Of a stretch of DNA of 64,000 nt, positions 1 to 9,077 are shown one piece after another. The stretch comes from an uncultured Phycisphaerales bacterium (lineage in GTDB: Bacteria > Planctomycetota > Phycisphaerae > Sedimentisphaerales > Anaerobacaceae), in assembly GCA_963772725.1 (NCBI GenBank), contig CAVYYI010000003.1, positions 810,823-874,822 on the forward strand, written 5' to 3'. Every line of letters starts with the position of its first letter. Position 1 is the stretch's first letter. Below the pieces are notes generated by a model. That model was given only the letters and a program-made list of their open reading frames with translations, made no database searches and was not told the DNA's origin. The position numbers and the translations under genes were made by a program.

Positions 1-646
1 TTTCCATTATCCCCAGTGCCCTGGCGTTCGAGCCGGTTCCCAGAACGCCGACAGTAAACTCTCTGCCGGGCAAAAATTCCTCAACCAGGACAGGCTGAGC
101 GTAACAATCCAGCAGGTATTTACTTGCCTTTTCGAGCTGGGCTGGAGTCTCAATCAGGGAGATGCTGCTTATGCCTTTTCCGGTTCCTTCGGCTATCGGT
201 TTTGCGAAGAGCGGATATTTGAGCTTGACCTGCTTTACCTGCGACAAATCCTCAATGACGCTGAAATCCGGCGTCGGCAGGCCGTACGACCGCACGAGCT
301 TTTTGGCGATGCCTTTATCCAGTGTTACCGCGCAAACAAGGGGGTCGGAAAACGTGTACCCGATTCCATAAGCTTCGAGCAGGCAGGGAACCTGCGACTC
401 GCGGCAGCGGCCGTCAAGCCCTTCTGCGATATTAAACACCAAATCCCATCGCTGCTTATCCACGAACCTTTTGCACAACTCGCGAATATTGCCGATTCGT
501 TCGGTTTTGTAACCCAGCGACGAAATTGTATTATAAAGCGAGTCGATAGTCTCCTGCGAATCGAACTCCGCGACGTCTTCTTCCTTATAGCCCTGGGCCA
601 GGTAATCTTTTCTCAGGTCGTAAACGAGACCGATTTTTATGTCCAT
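1..646 (-). CDS. D-alanine--D-alanine ligase family (ATP-grasp) protein, runs off the window start
   Basis: Manual translation MDIKIGLVYDLRKDYLAQGYKEEDVAEFDS...DLVFNIAEG...RESQVPCLLE...LFAKPIAEGTGKGI...VLVEEFLPGREFTVG shows Ddl-like motifs. Confidence 0.8.
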   Translation of the reverse strand, partial: MDIKIGLVYDLRKDYLAQGYKEEDVAEFDSQETIDSLYNTISSLGYKTERIGNIRELCKRFVDKQRWDLVFNIAEGLDGRCRESQVPCLLEAYGIGYTFSDPLVCAVTLDKGIAKKLVRSYGLPTPDFSVIEDLSQVKQVKLKYPLFAKPIAEGTGKGISSISLIETPAQLEKASKYLLDCYAQPVLVEEFLPGREFTVGVLGTGSNARALGIME

Positions 647-829
647 TTCTTAATTTTTCCAAAAAAACTGCAAATTCAAGCCGCTAATATTTAACAGCTT
701 TTACAAAAATCTCAAGATAAAACTTTTTTTCACCCCAAAAGACAGATGCACCGGTGAGACGGATTTTTGCTTGATATTTCGCAGGCGGGGATATATGCTC
801 TTTGAAGGTTTTTGTTGGAGCGATGAATT

Positions 830-1594
830 ATGCGTGCAACAGTAATTGGATTAATTGCATTTCTTTGTGTTCTTGGAGGGACAGCCATTGGCTTGCTGCT
901 TCGCCATATCCTGCCCGACCACCATCTTACCAGCGATTCAAGGGGTGCGGTGCAGATGGGATCGGGTTTGATAGCGACACTTAGTGCACTTGTATTGGGT
1001 CTTTTGGTCAGTTCGGCAAAGAGTTCTTTCGACCAGATGAGTTCAGAGATAACGCAAAGCAGCGCAAATGTTATCGTACTCGACCGCACGATGGCCCGCT
1101 ATGGACCTGAAACTCAGCCGATACGCCAGATTCTTCGCCGCTCGGTTATTGCCGGCATAAAGCTGATATGGCCTGACAATAAAACAAATGTAGATGGAAA
1201 GGACATCTTTGAAAAGATGCCGCCTACTATGGAACTTGTTTCAGAAAAGCTGCGGGAACTGACTCCGCAAAACGATTCGCAGCGGGCATTTCAATCTGAA
1301 GCGCTGCAGCTATGCAGGGAAATACTGCAAACACGCTGGCTGATGATAGAGCAGTCGCAGACGTCGCTGCCGATTACATTTCTTGTGGTGCTGTTGTTTT
1401 GGCTCACTATCCTTTTCGCCAGTATCGGGCTTTTTGCGCCGCCCAATAAAACGGTTCTGACAGTCTTGATAGTTTGTGCGATTTCGGTCGGCGGTGCGAT
1501 ATTCCTGATCGAGGAGATGAATAGTCCGCTCCAGGGAATTGTGAAAGTTTCCAACGCTCCGCTCATCAAGGCCATTGAACATATAGGCAGGTGA
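830..1594 (+). CDS. DUF4239/bestrophin-like membrane protein
   Basis: 254 aa, hydrophobic N- and C-terminal segments, motif GLIATLSALVLGLLVSSAKSSFD. Confidence 0.7.
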   Translation: MRATVIGLIAFLCVLGGTAIGLLLRHILPDHHLTSDSRGAVQMGSGLIATLSALVLGLLVSSAKSSFDQMSSEITQSSANVIVLDRTMARYGPETQPIRQILRRSVIAGIKLIWPDNKTNVDGKDIFEKMPPTMELVSEKLRELTPQNDSQRAFQSEALQLCREILQTRWLMIEQSQTSLPITFLVVLLFWLTILFASIGLFAPPNKTVLTVLIVCAISVGGAIFLIEEMNSPLQGIVKVSNAPLIKAIEHIGR

Positions 1595-1618
1595 TAGAAG
1601 GCGAGGGGGAAATTGAAA

Positions 1619-1664
1619 TGGGCAGGAGTGGAGTTGAACCACCGACACACGGATTTTCAGTCCC
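1619..1664 (-). repeat. 3' half of tRNA-Phe(GAA), att-like remnant
   Basis: Reverse complement GGGACTGAAAATCCGTGTGTCGGTGGTTCAACTCCACTCCTGCCCA has the anticodon arm, T-arm and acceptor 3' strand; no 5' half. Confidence 0.85.
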
Positions 1665-1827
1665 AAACTCTGGTTGTAAGTAGTTGTTAGTAAAATAGTT
1701 ACAAGCGATTTTTAAGGTAAAAATGAGGGATACAAGTATAATACTCCCCAAAAATCGGACCAGTATATAAGGTGTAAGTTGTGGTATAATTCTATCGGAT
1801 TATGGATTGAGAAAGGAAGTACGAATT

Positions 1828-2130
1828 ATGACACAACACAGACACTTTGGCAAAGATTTCAAGGCAAAAGTTGCAATTGAAGCCATCAAGGGCGAAAAGA
1901 CCATCAACGAGATAGCCTCTATGTATGAGGTTCATCCCAACCAGGTCAGCCAGTGGAAGAAGCTGGCTCTTGAGAAGCTGCCCGAGGCAATGGCAGACGG
2001 CAGAGGTAAGGATGTTCGTCAGAGCCAGCCAGTAGATGAGGAAAAGCTTCATCAGAAGATAGGTCAGCAGGCTATCGAGATTGATTTTTTGAAAAAAAAG
2101 TTGCGTCAATTGGGACTGCTCAACGAGTAG
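1828..2130 (+). CDS. IS3-family transposase OrfA
   Basis: HTH: FKAKVAIEAIKGEKTINEIASMYEVHPNQVSQWK. Confidence 0.9.
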   Translation: MTQHRHFGKDFKAKVAIEAIKGEKTINEIASMYEVHPNQVSQWKKLALEKLPEAMADGRGKDVRQSQPVDEEKLHQKIGQQAIEIDFLKKKLRQLGLLNE

Positions 2131-2132
2131 AA

Positions 2133-3062
2133 ATGATAGAACATAACAATAGACAAATCAGTATCCGCCGGCAGTGCTGTCTGCTTGATATCAATCGCAG
2201 CAGGCTGTATTACCATGCAGAGTCTATTGAGCAGGAAAATCGTAAAGTAATGGACTTTATTGACAGGGAGTTTACCGAGCATCCTTTTACAGGTATCGAC
2301 AGGATGGCAGAGTTTTTATACAGGAAGCACAAGCTTATTGTCAATCACAAGCGGGTTCGCAGGCTTATGCGTAAAATGGGTTTAATGGCCTTATATCCCA
2401 GGCCCCGCACAAGCTGTCCTGCTGCTGTTTATATCAAATATCCCTGCCTTTTGAATACTATGGCGATAGATGTTACCGATGCTGTCTGGTGTTCGGATAT
2501 TACGTACATTCGGCTCAAAGGCGGCTTTATGTACCTTGTGGCGATAATGGATTACTACAGCAGATATGTATTAAGCTGGTCTGTATCGAACAGTCTGGAG
2601 TCTCTGTTTTGTATAGATGCACTGGATGAGGCGTTGTCAAAATCCCGGCCGCTGATATTTCATTCGGATCAGGGCAAACAATACACCAGCACAAAGTTTT
2701 TGGATACGTTGAGGGCTGGCGATATTCGAATCAGTATGAGCGGTAAGGGTCGTTGTTTCGATAACATACTGGCGGAGCGATTATGGCGGACGGTCAAATA
2801 TGAGGAGGTCTATTTGAAGGAATACAGCGATGGGCATGATTTGATAAAATCGCTGAGGCGGTATTTTGATTATTACAACAATGACAGGCCGCACAGCAGC
2901 TTGGATTATAAGACACCTGCGGAAGTATATTTTAAGGAGCTGACCGCCGATTCGCTTCGCTGTGCTTGCTTTGGAGCTGCGCTACGCGAATCGGCTGGCA
3001 CAGAGAAAATCGGCACAACTTACACCAAATACAAGGACAAAATTGGTCTTGACAATGGGTAG
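2133..3062 (+). CDS. IS3-family transposase OrfB (rve)
   Basis: WCSDITYI, FHSDQGKQY, DNILAERLWRTVKYE DDE motifs. Confidence 0.92.
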   Translation: MIEHNNRQISIRRQCCLLDINRSRLYYHAESIEQENRKVMDFIDREFTEHPFTGIDRMAEFLYRKHKLIVNHKRVRRLMRKMGLMALYPRPRTSCPAAVYIKYPCLLNTMAIDVTDAVWCSDITYIRLKGGFMYLVAIMDYYSRYVLSWSVSNSLESLFCIDALDEALSKSRPLIFHSDQGKQYTSTKFLDTLRAGDIRISMSGKGRCFDNILAERLWRTVKYEEVYLKEYSDGHDLIKSLRRYFDYYNNDRPHSSLDYKTPAEVYFKELTADSLRCACFGAALRESAGTEKIGTTYTKYKDKIGLDNG

Positions 3063-3081
3063 GGGTTCAAAGGATAATAAA

Positions 3082-3630
3082 TTGGCCACACAAAAAGAAA
3101 AAAAATTACTTCATATCAGTACTTTTTTAACACTTACTTTGATTTTTTTTGCTGTTATTGGATTAACGTGGATAATTGACACCAGAAACGCGGATAGATT
3201 TTTAAGATTCTATCAAAACAACTCTGGATTATTTTTATCTTTTATTTTAATGGCAATGCTTGTTATAAGTGTATCATCCCATTTTTTGGTCTTATTGATT
3301 TTAAAGATGTTTAACAGCAAACAGCCTGATGGTACGGTTGTTAATCTGAAAAACGATAAAATTGCAATTTGGTCTTTTAATATCAGTGTGATTTCCTTGG
3401 TTTTTTATATTTTTCCGATGTGTGCCTTAATACCACCGATTTTACCAATTATAAGTATGATGTTAGGGATAACCTCTCTTTCCTTGCAAAAAATTAAAAA
3501 ATTCCAATATGCGAGATGGATTCCCGCACTTTTTGGAATAAAGCTAAGCCTTATATCAATTTCGCTCTGGATCATTAACTGGGCATTTGTAGACGTAGGT
3601 CTTTTTAATCCGTTTCCCACACCTGACTGA
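3082..3630 (+). CDS. Hypothetical membrane protein (DUF4190-like C-terminal part)
   Basis: Low GC, several TM segments; TTG start after AAGGA just past the IS end. Confidence 0.55.
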   Translation: MATQKEKKLLHISTFLTLTLIFFAVIGLTWIIDTRNADRFLRFYQNNSGLFLSFILMAMLVISVSSHFLVLLILKMFNSKQPDGTVVNLKNDKIAIWSFNISVISLVFYIFPMCALIPPILPIISMMLGITSLSLQKIKKFQYARWIPALFGIKLSLISISLWIINWAFVDVGLFNPFPTPD

Positions 3631-3875
3631 TTTGTATAACCCGCACAGCCAAAAGCATCGGTGTGGCCAGTGTGGCTGGTGATTTGCTATTAATTATAAA
3701 ATTTATTCATTCTTTGCTCCGCGCTAAGTATAATAATTAATTAGATTTCTCTGGGTACACTGGGTACAAAGATTCTGTTTGTGATGAACTTTCCGTGTCT
3801 GCCTGACGCAGTCCGACATAAACCCATTCTCGTTTTTCTCTGCCACCGGCAGAAACGCCCTTGCAGGTTGCGGCA

Positions 3876-4726
3876 TTATTGCTTTTTCAGCATATCGCTG
3901 AGGCGTTCGAGTTCCCCTTTTTTCATGTGGTAGCTGTGGTTGGAGTCTGGAAATGCTCCGGCGATGACATCTTTGGAGTAATTTGTGAAGGCCTTGATTG
4001 TGCTGTCGGCTAAAGAGCCATAGCTTTTTACGAATTTGGGGGCTGTTCCCTGTGTTAGTCCGAGAATATCGGGGGCAACTAATATCTGCCCGTCGCAATT
4101 ACCCCCTGAGCCGCAGCCGATTACAGGTATGTTAAAGCGTTTTGTGATTATTTCAGAAACCTCGGCGGCGGTTCCCTCGAGTAAAAGGGCACTTGCGCCG
4201 GCCTCGACCATCTGGTCAGCGAGATTAATAAGCTCTAAGGCCATCTCTGCGGTTGTAGCCTCAGCCTTGAAATGGCCGATTTTGTTGATACTTTGCGGTC
4301 TTATACCGATATGTGCCATAACAGCCATACCCGCGTCGCTAACCGCTTTAATTACATCGAGATATGGCCTGCTGGCCTCGATTTTTACCATTTGCACGCC
4401 CGATTCGGTAAAGAAACGCCCCGCGTTTTTGACTGCCTCGCTTATACCAAGCTGGTAAGACAGGAAGGGCATATCAGCGACAAGGCAAAGGTTTGGCGCT
4501 CCACGTCTCACAGCGGCGGTTATCGTAACCATAAAATCCATAGTCGCGGGCAGTGTCGAATCAAAGCCCAGCATTATCTGGGCGGCAGAATCGCCCACAA
4601 GTACGACCTGAATATCCGTCTGTGAAACCAGTTTAGCGGTGGTGAAATCGTAACAGCTAACCGCCGCTATTTTGCGATTTTGTGCTTGGCGTCAGCTAAA
4701 TCAGCTATTGTAATCTGTGTTTTCAT
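3876..4726 (-). CDS. panB: 3-methyl-2-oxobutanoate hydroxymethyltransferase (one frameshift near 4686)
   Basis: SCYDFTTA, LVGDS, VADMPFLSY, GCGSGGNCDGQILV motifs. Confidence 0.92.
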
Positions 4727-5158
4727 AATATTGGGCTCTTACTGACGAAAAAAATAACAGCCTTTTAGTTAAAATCAAAAGAACAAACCTTATGTTACAA
4801 ACGTAAAGTATCTCGGTTTTTGAGCCTAAAAGCGGGCTATTTGTTAAAAATAACAAAAAAAACAGCTTATTGCCATTAAAAAGTTGACTTTAGTGCGAAA
4901 AAAAACGTATATATGAAAGGTTATTTTGTAAAGAAAACTTGGCGCCTATGTACGATAATAAATCTTGTGAGGATGCTGAAAGGCGGAGAATACAAAAATG
5001 TCTCTTAAAGCTTTTCATCACCCTCCTCCGAAGCCAGATTCTTCTTTTGGAATCTGGCTTTTTTATTTGGCCTTTTGTAAAAGTAATTGGGCAATTTTGC
5101 CTATCTTCACAAAAACCTGATAATTGACAGCTTTCAGAAAAAAAGTTAAGTTATTCTT

Positions 5159-5971
5159 ATGACTGGCGTTTTCCAAATCCTGTTTTGTTTTTTGGGGGTT
5201 ATACTGTTTTCCGGCTGTGTCCATCCAGAGCAGGATGACACAAAAGCATTGGAAGGCGTCAAAATAGGCGACTTGGCGCCGCCTGCCGGCAGTATAGATA
5301 AGCCGCAGTTCGAACGGCTCAAAACAATTGATTTCGATATTTATGTTGTTGAAATACCTGTCAAAAAAATCGCTGATTTCAATAGTATTTGTCAGAAGCT
5401 TTCTATGGAGGCGATTAGGTTTACAAATTATGACATTTTCAAATCGAACTGCTTTGCCGCGGGTTTTGGAGCCCCTATGCAATGGGACCCAACAACAAAT
5501 AAGCTCCGCAACGCGGGGTGCAAAATCGGAGAAACTATCTCACTGCTTTTGTCTAACGGCCAGGCAAGCGATGTGGCCATCACAGATTTAAGGGCAAAGC
5601 AGGACATTTTTTATGTTTCAGGCAGCGGCGGTATTGAGGGTGTTACTCTTGGTCCGGGCAATCTCGCAATTCGAATAAGAGCGGTCAAAGCTTACAATTC
5701 GAGCCGCGTATGCAGCGTCGATATTCAGCCCGTTTTTGCCACTTCCGCGAGCAATCCTCTGTTAGACACAATATATCGGCGAAAAAACCATGGATTTGTC
5801 TTTGTCCCTCTGGGCATTAAATCAAAAATGAGAACAGGTGATTTTATTCTCATCGGGCCTGAACAATATACCGCAGACCAGACAACATTAGGGGGATTAT
5901 TTTTCTATAAAGCCGCTAAAACTCCGATGTTAAAAGCATATCTAATCGTTTGTAAACATATTACTGATTAA
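5159..5971 (+). CDS. Hypothetical lipoprotein
   Basis: 270 aa with lipobox LFSGC. Confidence 0.6.
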   Translation: MTGVFQILFCFLGVILFSGCVHPEQDDTKALEGVKIGDLAPPAGSIDKPQFERLKTIDFDIYVVEIPVKKIADFNSICQKLSMEAIRFTNYDIFKSNCFAAGFGAPMQWDPTTNKLRNAGCKIGETISLLLSNGQASDVAITDLRAKQDIFYVSGSGGIEGVTLGPGNLAIRIRAVKAYNSSRVCSVDIQPVFATSASNPLLDTIYRRKNHGFVFVPLGIKSKMRTGDFILIGPEQYTADQTTLGGLFFYKAAKTPMLKAYLIVCKHITD

Positions 5972-5978
5972 TTAACGC

Positions 5979-6947
5979 ATGCCTAATCCCACAGTAACAT
6001 TAACAAGATGCAGCAGCTACCGCGGGAAAGCAATTTCCACCGCGATTCAAAAACAGTTTGAGCTTCTCGGCGGTATGGAAAAATTTATATCCAGAGGCGA
6101 TAGTGTTCTTCTTAAACCAAATTTAATTGCGCCCAAACCCCGCGATTGCGCCGCGCAAACCGACCCCGTCGTAATTATCGAAACCGCTAAATTACTCTTC
6201 GATTTCGGCGCAAAGCCTTTCGTGGGAGATTCGCCCGCGTGGGGCAGCGTCTTTAGCTGCGCAAAAGCGCTTGAGCTGGATGAGCATTTGAAAAAAATAG
6301 GTGTGCCGCTAAAGCAGTTGAATAAACCGATAAAATGCCGGGTAGGGACACGCGGTACTCTGGTTGGGATAAGCTCTGTAGCGCTCGACGCGGACGTCAT
6401 CATAAATCTGCCGAAATTCAAATCGCATCAGCAGTTGACAGCTACTTTCGCGGTTAAAAATATGTTCGGCTGTGTCAGCGGAAAGCAAAAAGCCATCTGG
6501 CATTTTAAAAAAGGCAGAAAACCCAGTGATTTTTGCAAACTGCTGATTGGGATTTACGAATATCTCGGCCCGGCGTTAACCATAATTGACGCCGTTACGG
6601 TAATGGACGGCCCAGGGCCTATAAGCGGCAGGGCAAGACCCCTGGGCTGGTTAATCGGAGGCACAGACCCCGTAGCGTGTGAAACGATATGCTGCAGACT
6701 CATAAATATAAATCCTGACGACCTGCCAATTATCAAAACCGCCAAAAAAATGGGGATGGACCGAACCGATTTTCAGAAAATAACGATTTTAGGAAGCCGT
6801 TTTCCTAAAAAAATATGTACTGACTTTGAACCGGCGGTACTTATCCCATTAAGGTTTTCATTTTTGCGAATCTGCAAAAGTATCTATAAGCAAATCGTAA
6901 TGCTCACCAAATCAGCTATCAGTAAACGAATTACCAAACAGATTTGA
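5979..6947 (+). CDS. DUF362 domain protein
   Basis: VLLKPN, INLPKFKSH, AVKNMFG, MDGPGP motifs. Confidence 0.85.
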   Translation: MPNPTVTLTRCSSYRGKAISTAIQKQFELLGGMEKFISRGDSVLLKPNLIAPKPRDCAAQTDPVVIIETAKLLFDFGAKPFVGDSPAWGSVFSCAKALELDEHLKKIGVPLKQLNKPIKCRVGTRGTLVGISSVALDADVIINLPKFKSHQQLTATFAVKNMFGCVSGKQKAIWHFKKGRKPSDFCKLLIGIYEYLGPALTIIDAVTVMDGPGPISGRARPLGWLIGGTDPVACETICCRLININPDDLPIIKTAKKMGMDRTDFQKITILGSRFPKKICTDFEPAVLIPLRFSFLRICKSIYKQIVMLTKSAISKRITKQI

Positions 6948-7062
6948 TGCCCTCAGACAAAAACCTTGCAACTGGAAGCCTTTTGCATTACAGTTGTCGC
7001 GGGTGATGGGCAGGCTGAAAATAGTGTACCGCCATTTTGGGAGGTTTTGCGAAAGGGTTTTT

Positions 7063-8200
7063 ATGTTCGGGAAAAAAATTTATCTGTTCAAGATACTCGG
7101 CTTCAGCGTCAGCATTGATGTAAGCTGGTTCATAATAGCGATATTTATTACATGGTCGCTGGCAAAAGAGGTGTTTCCCGTATATTTTAAAGACTTGCCA
7201 ACGCAAATGTACTGGTGGATGGGGGCTATTGGTGCCATTGGTCTGTTTGCTTCAATTATCTTTCACGAGCTTTGTCATTCCATAGTGGCCAGGCTGTTCG
7301 GCCTGCCGATGCGGGGAATAACGCTGTTTATTTTCGGGGGCGTCGCTGAAATGAGCGATGAGCCGCCGGGGCCTTTAGCGGAATTTCTGATGGCAATAGC
7401 AGGCCCGATATCAAGTGTTGTGCTAAGTGCGTTTCTGTACGTCGTTTATATATTGGGGGGAATTGCGCAATGGCCGATTTTTGTAAGAGGGGTTATTGTT
7501 TATTTAGCCGGCTTGAACTTAGTCCTGGCGATTTTCAATATGGTTCCCGCCTTCCCGCTCGATGGCGGGCGCGTGCTGCGTTCGATTCTCTGGGGAATAA
7601 AGAAAGATCTTCAGTGGGCGACGAAGGTTTCCAGTATGTTCGGCCGGTGGTTCGGTATGTTTTTGATGGCGGTTGGATTTATAGAGTTTCTCAATAAAGA
7701 CTTTTTCGGCGGTGTTTGGATGTTCTTAATCGGAACATTTGTAAAAAGAGCATCGGAAATGTCATATCAGCAGGTTTTGATACGCAACAGTTTTCAGGGG
7801 GAACCTGTCAGTCATTTCATGATAACTAATCCCGTAACTGTCGAGTCGTTTACACCTATTGATGAACTGGTTCGAGCGGTATTTCTATAAGTATCATTTC
7901 AGGATGTTCCCAGTTGTAAATGGAAACTTGCTTGCCGGCTGCGTTACCCCGAAACAGGTTTCCTCGGTGCCAAAGGAACAATGGCATCAGCATACTGCCG
8001 GCGAAATTACAGTTCCCTGTTCGACCGAAAATACTATCACGCCCGAGACGGATGCCGTCAAGGCGCTTTCACTAATGAACACGACAGGCAACAGTCGTCT
8101 GATGGTTATTGAGAACGGCAGGCTCGTGGGTATTGTTACGCTAAAAGACATGCTGAAATTTCTTTCGCTTAAGGTCAATTTTGGTGGTATCCATAATTAG
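7063..8200 (+). CDS. Site-2 protease (M50) with C-terminal CBS pair (frameshift ~7870)
   Basis: HELCH and NMVPAFPLDGG motifs; CBS domains continue in ORF 7859-8200. Confidence 0.88.
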
Positions 8201-8245
8201 TCGGGCCGCTGTTTTAGGTTCTCGCGTAAAGCGTACCAAATTTTC

Positions 8246-8274
8246 TTGCAATATTTACCGTAAAATAATAAGAT
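8246..8274 (+). promoter_or_regulatory. Putative sigma70 promoter of tRNA-Val
   Basis: TTGCAA-N17-TAAGAT about 20 bp upstream of the tRNA. Confidence 0.55.
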
Positions 8275-8294
8275 ACCTTAGAGAAAGCAATCTG

Positions 8295-8369
8295 GGGCGG
8301 TTAGCTCAGATGGTTTAGAGCGCCTGCTCGACACGCAGGAGGTCGTAGGTTCGAGTCCTATACCGCCCA
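8295..8369 (+). tRNA. tRNA-Val(GAC)
   Basis: Cloverleaf GGGCGGT/ACCGCCC, anticodon arm CCTGC-TCGACAC-GCAGG, GGTTCGAGTCC T-arm; CCA not encoded. Confidence 0.95.
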
Positions 8370-8377
8370 TTATTTGT

Positions 8378-8414
8378 AAGCCCTTGCAATTCAATGAGTT
8401 GCAAGGGCTTTTTT
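8378..8414 (+). terminator. Intrinsic terminator after tRNA-Val
   Basis: AAGCCCTTGCAA-N9-TTGCAAGGGCTT followed by T-run. Confidence 0.75.
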
Positions 8415-8533
8415 AGTTTAGGAAGAAGGGTGTTTTCCTTCCAAAATGCCCTTGAGCGTAAATCTTTAGTGTGTTCCCAGTGTGTCGCCAGTGTGTAGTC
8501 TGATTATATGCCAAAATAACCCACTTAAGTCCA

Positions 8534-8592
8534 TAATTGACAAGAACTTATAATTGGAGTTCCTTTTCGACACGCAGGAGGTCGTAGGTTCG
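8534..8592 (+). repeat. att-like site 1: element arm plus 26-bp tRNA-Val fragment
   Basis: TCGACACGCAGGAGGTCGTAGGTTCG (8567-8592) identical to the tRNA; upstream 33 bp homologous to 18617-18649. Confidence 0.85.
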
Positions 8593-8807
8593 GGCTGACC
8601 TGGTTGGGATGAACCTCATACATAGAGGCTATCTCGTTGAGGGTCTTCTCACCCTTGATGGCTTCAATTGCAACTTTTGCCTTGAAATCTTTGCCAAAGT
8701 GTCTGTGTTGTGTCATAATTCGTACTTCCTTTCTCAATCCATAATCCGATAGAATTATACCACAACTTACACCTTATATACTGGTCCGATTTTGGGGGAG
8801 TATTATA
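8593..8807 (-). mobile_element. Truncated left end of the same IS3 as 1737-3069
   Basis: Near-identical to ~1737-1951; breaks inside orfA at the tRNA fragment. Confidence 0.9.
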
Positions 8808-8841
8808 ACACATCCATTCTTTCCCCAGAAGCCTGACATTA

Positions 8842-8976
8842 TAGCAATTAAAGAAAATATGTAACCTTACACAGTCCGGTTGTTAAGAAGTAGAGCAACT
8901 TTGCTAGATTCGTAGCCACTACTTATCCGCAAAAATTAGGATAAGTGGTACGGCTATACTTTTTCTTGCATTGCTA
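8842..8976. mobile_element. ~135-bp MITE, copy 1 (TA-flanked, IS630-like)
   Basis: TIR TAGCAATTAAAGAAAA...TTTTCTTGCATTGCTA, TA on both sides; homologue at 45745-45880. Confidence 0.8.
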
Positions 8977-9077
8977 TAAAGCAAAGTCTATGAAATCTAT
9001 GTTTTGATCTTTGTCCAGATTGCCTCCATCGCATTTAGGTGTAGCTATACCCTCTCATCGCTGCTAATCATGCGATT

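Larger units (their letters stand above)
1737..3069 (+). mobile_element. IS3-family insertion sequence
   Basis: orfA/orfB, imperfect IRs (TATAATACTCCCCCAAAAATCGGACCA / TGAACCCCTACCCATTGTCAAGACCA), 3-bp flanking repeat AAG, poly-A-G slippery site at ~2092-2100. Confidence 0.9.

Noticed and set aside
2962..3081. N-terminal extensions of ORFs 2962-3630, 50777-52000 and 61896-62744
   Set aside because: These arise from reading through IS ends or fused fragments, not native starts
8328..8334. C rather than U at tRNA position 33
   Set aside because: Repeated in both att copies, so real, but probably a natural tRNA-Val(GAC) variant and not evidence of recoding
8538..8555. TTGACA...TATAAT as a consensus promoter
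   Set aside because: Spacer is only 6 bp; better explained as part of the att arm and dyad
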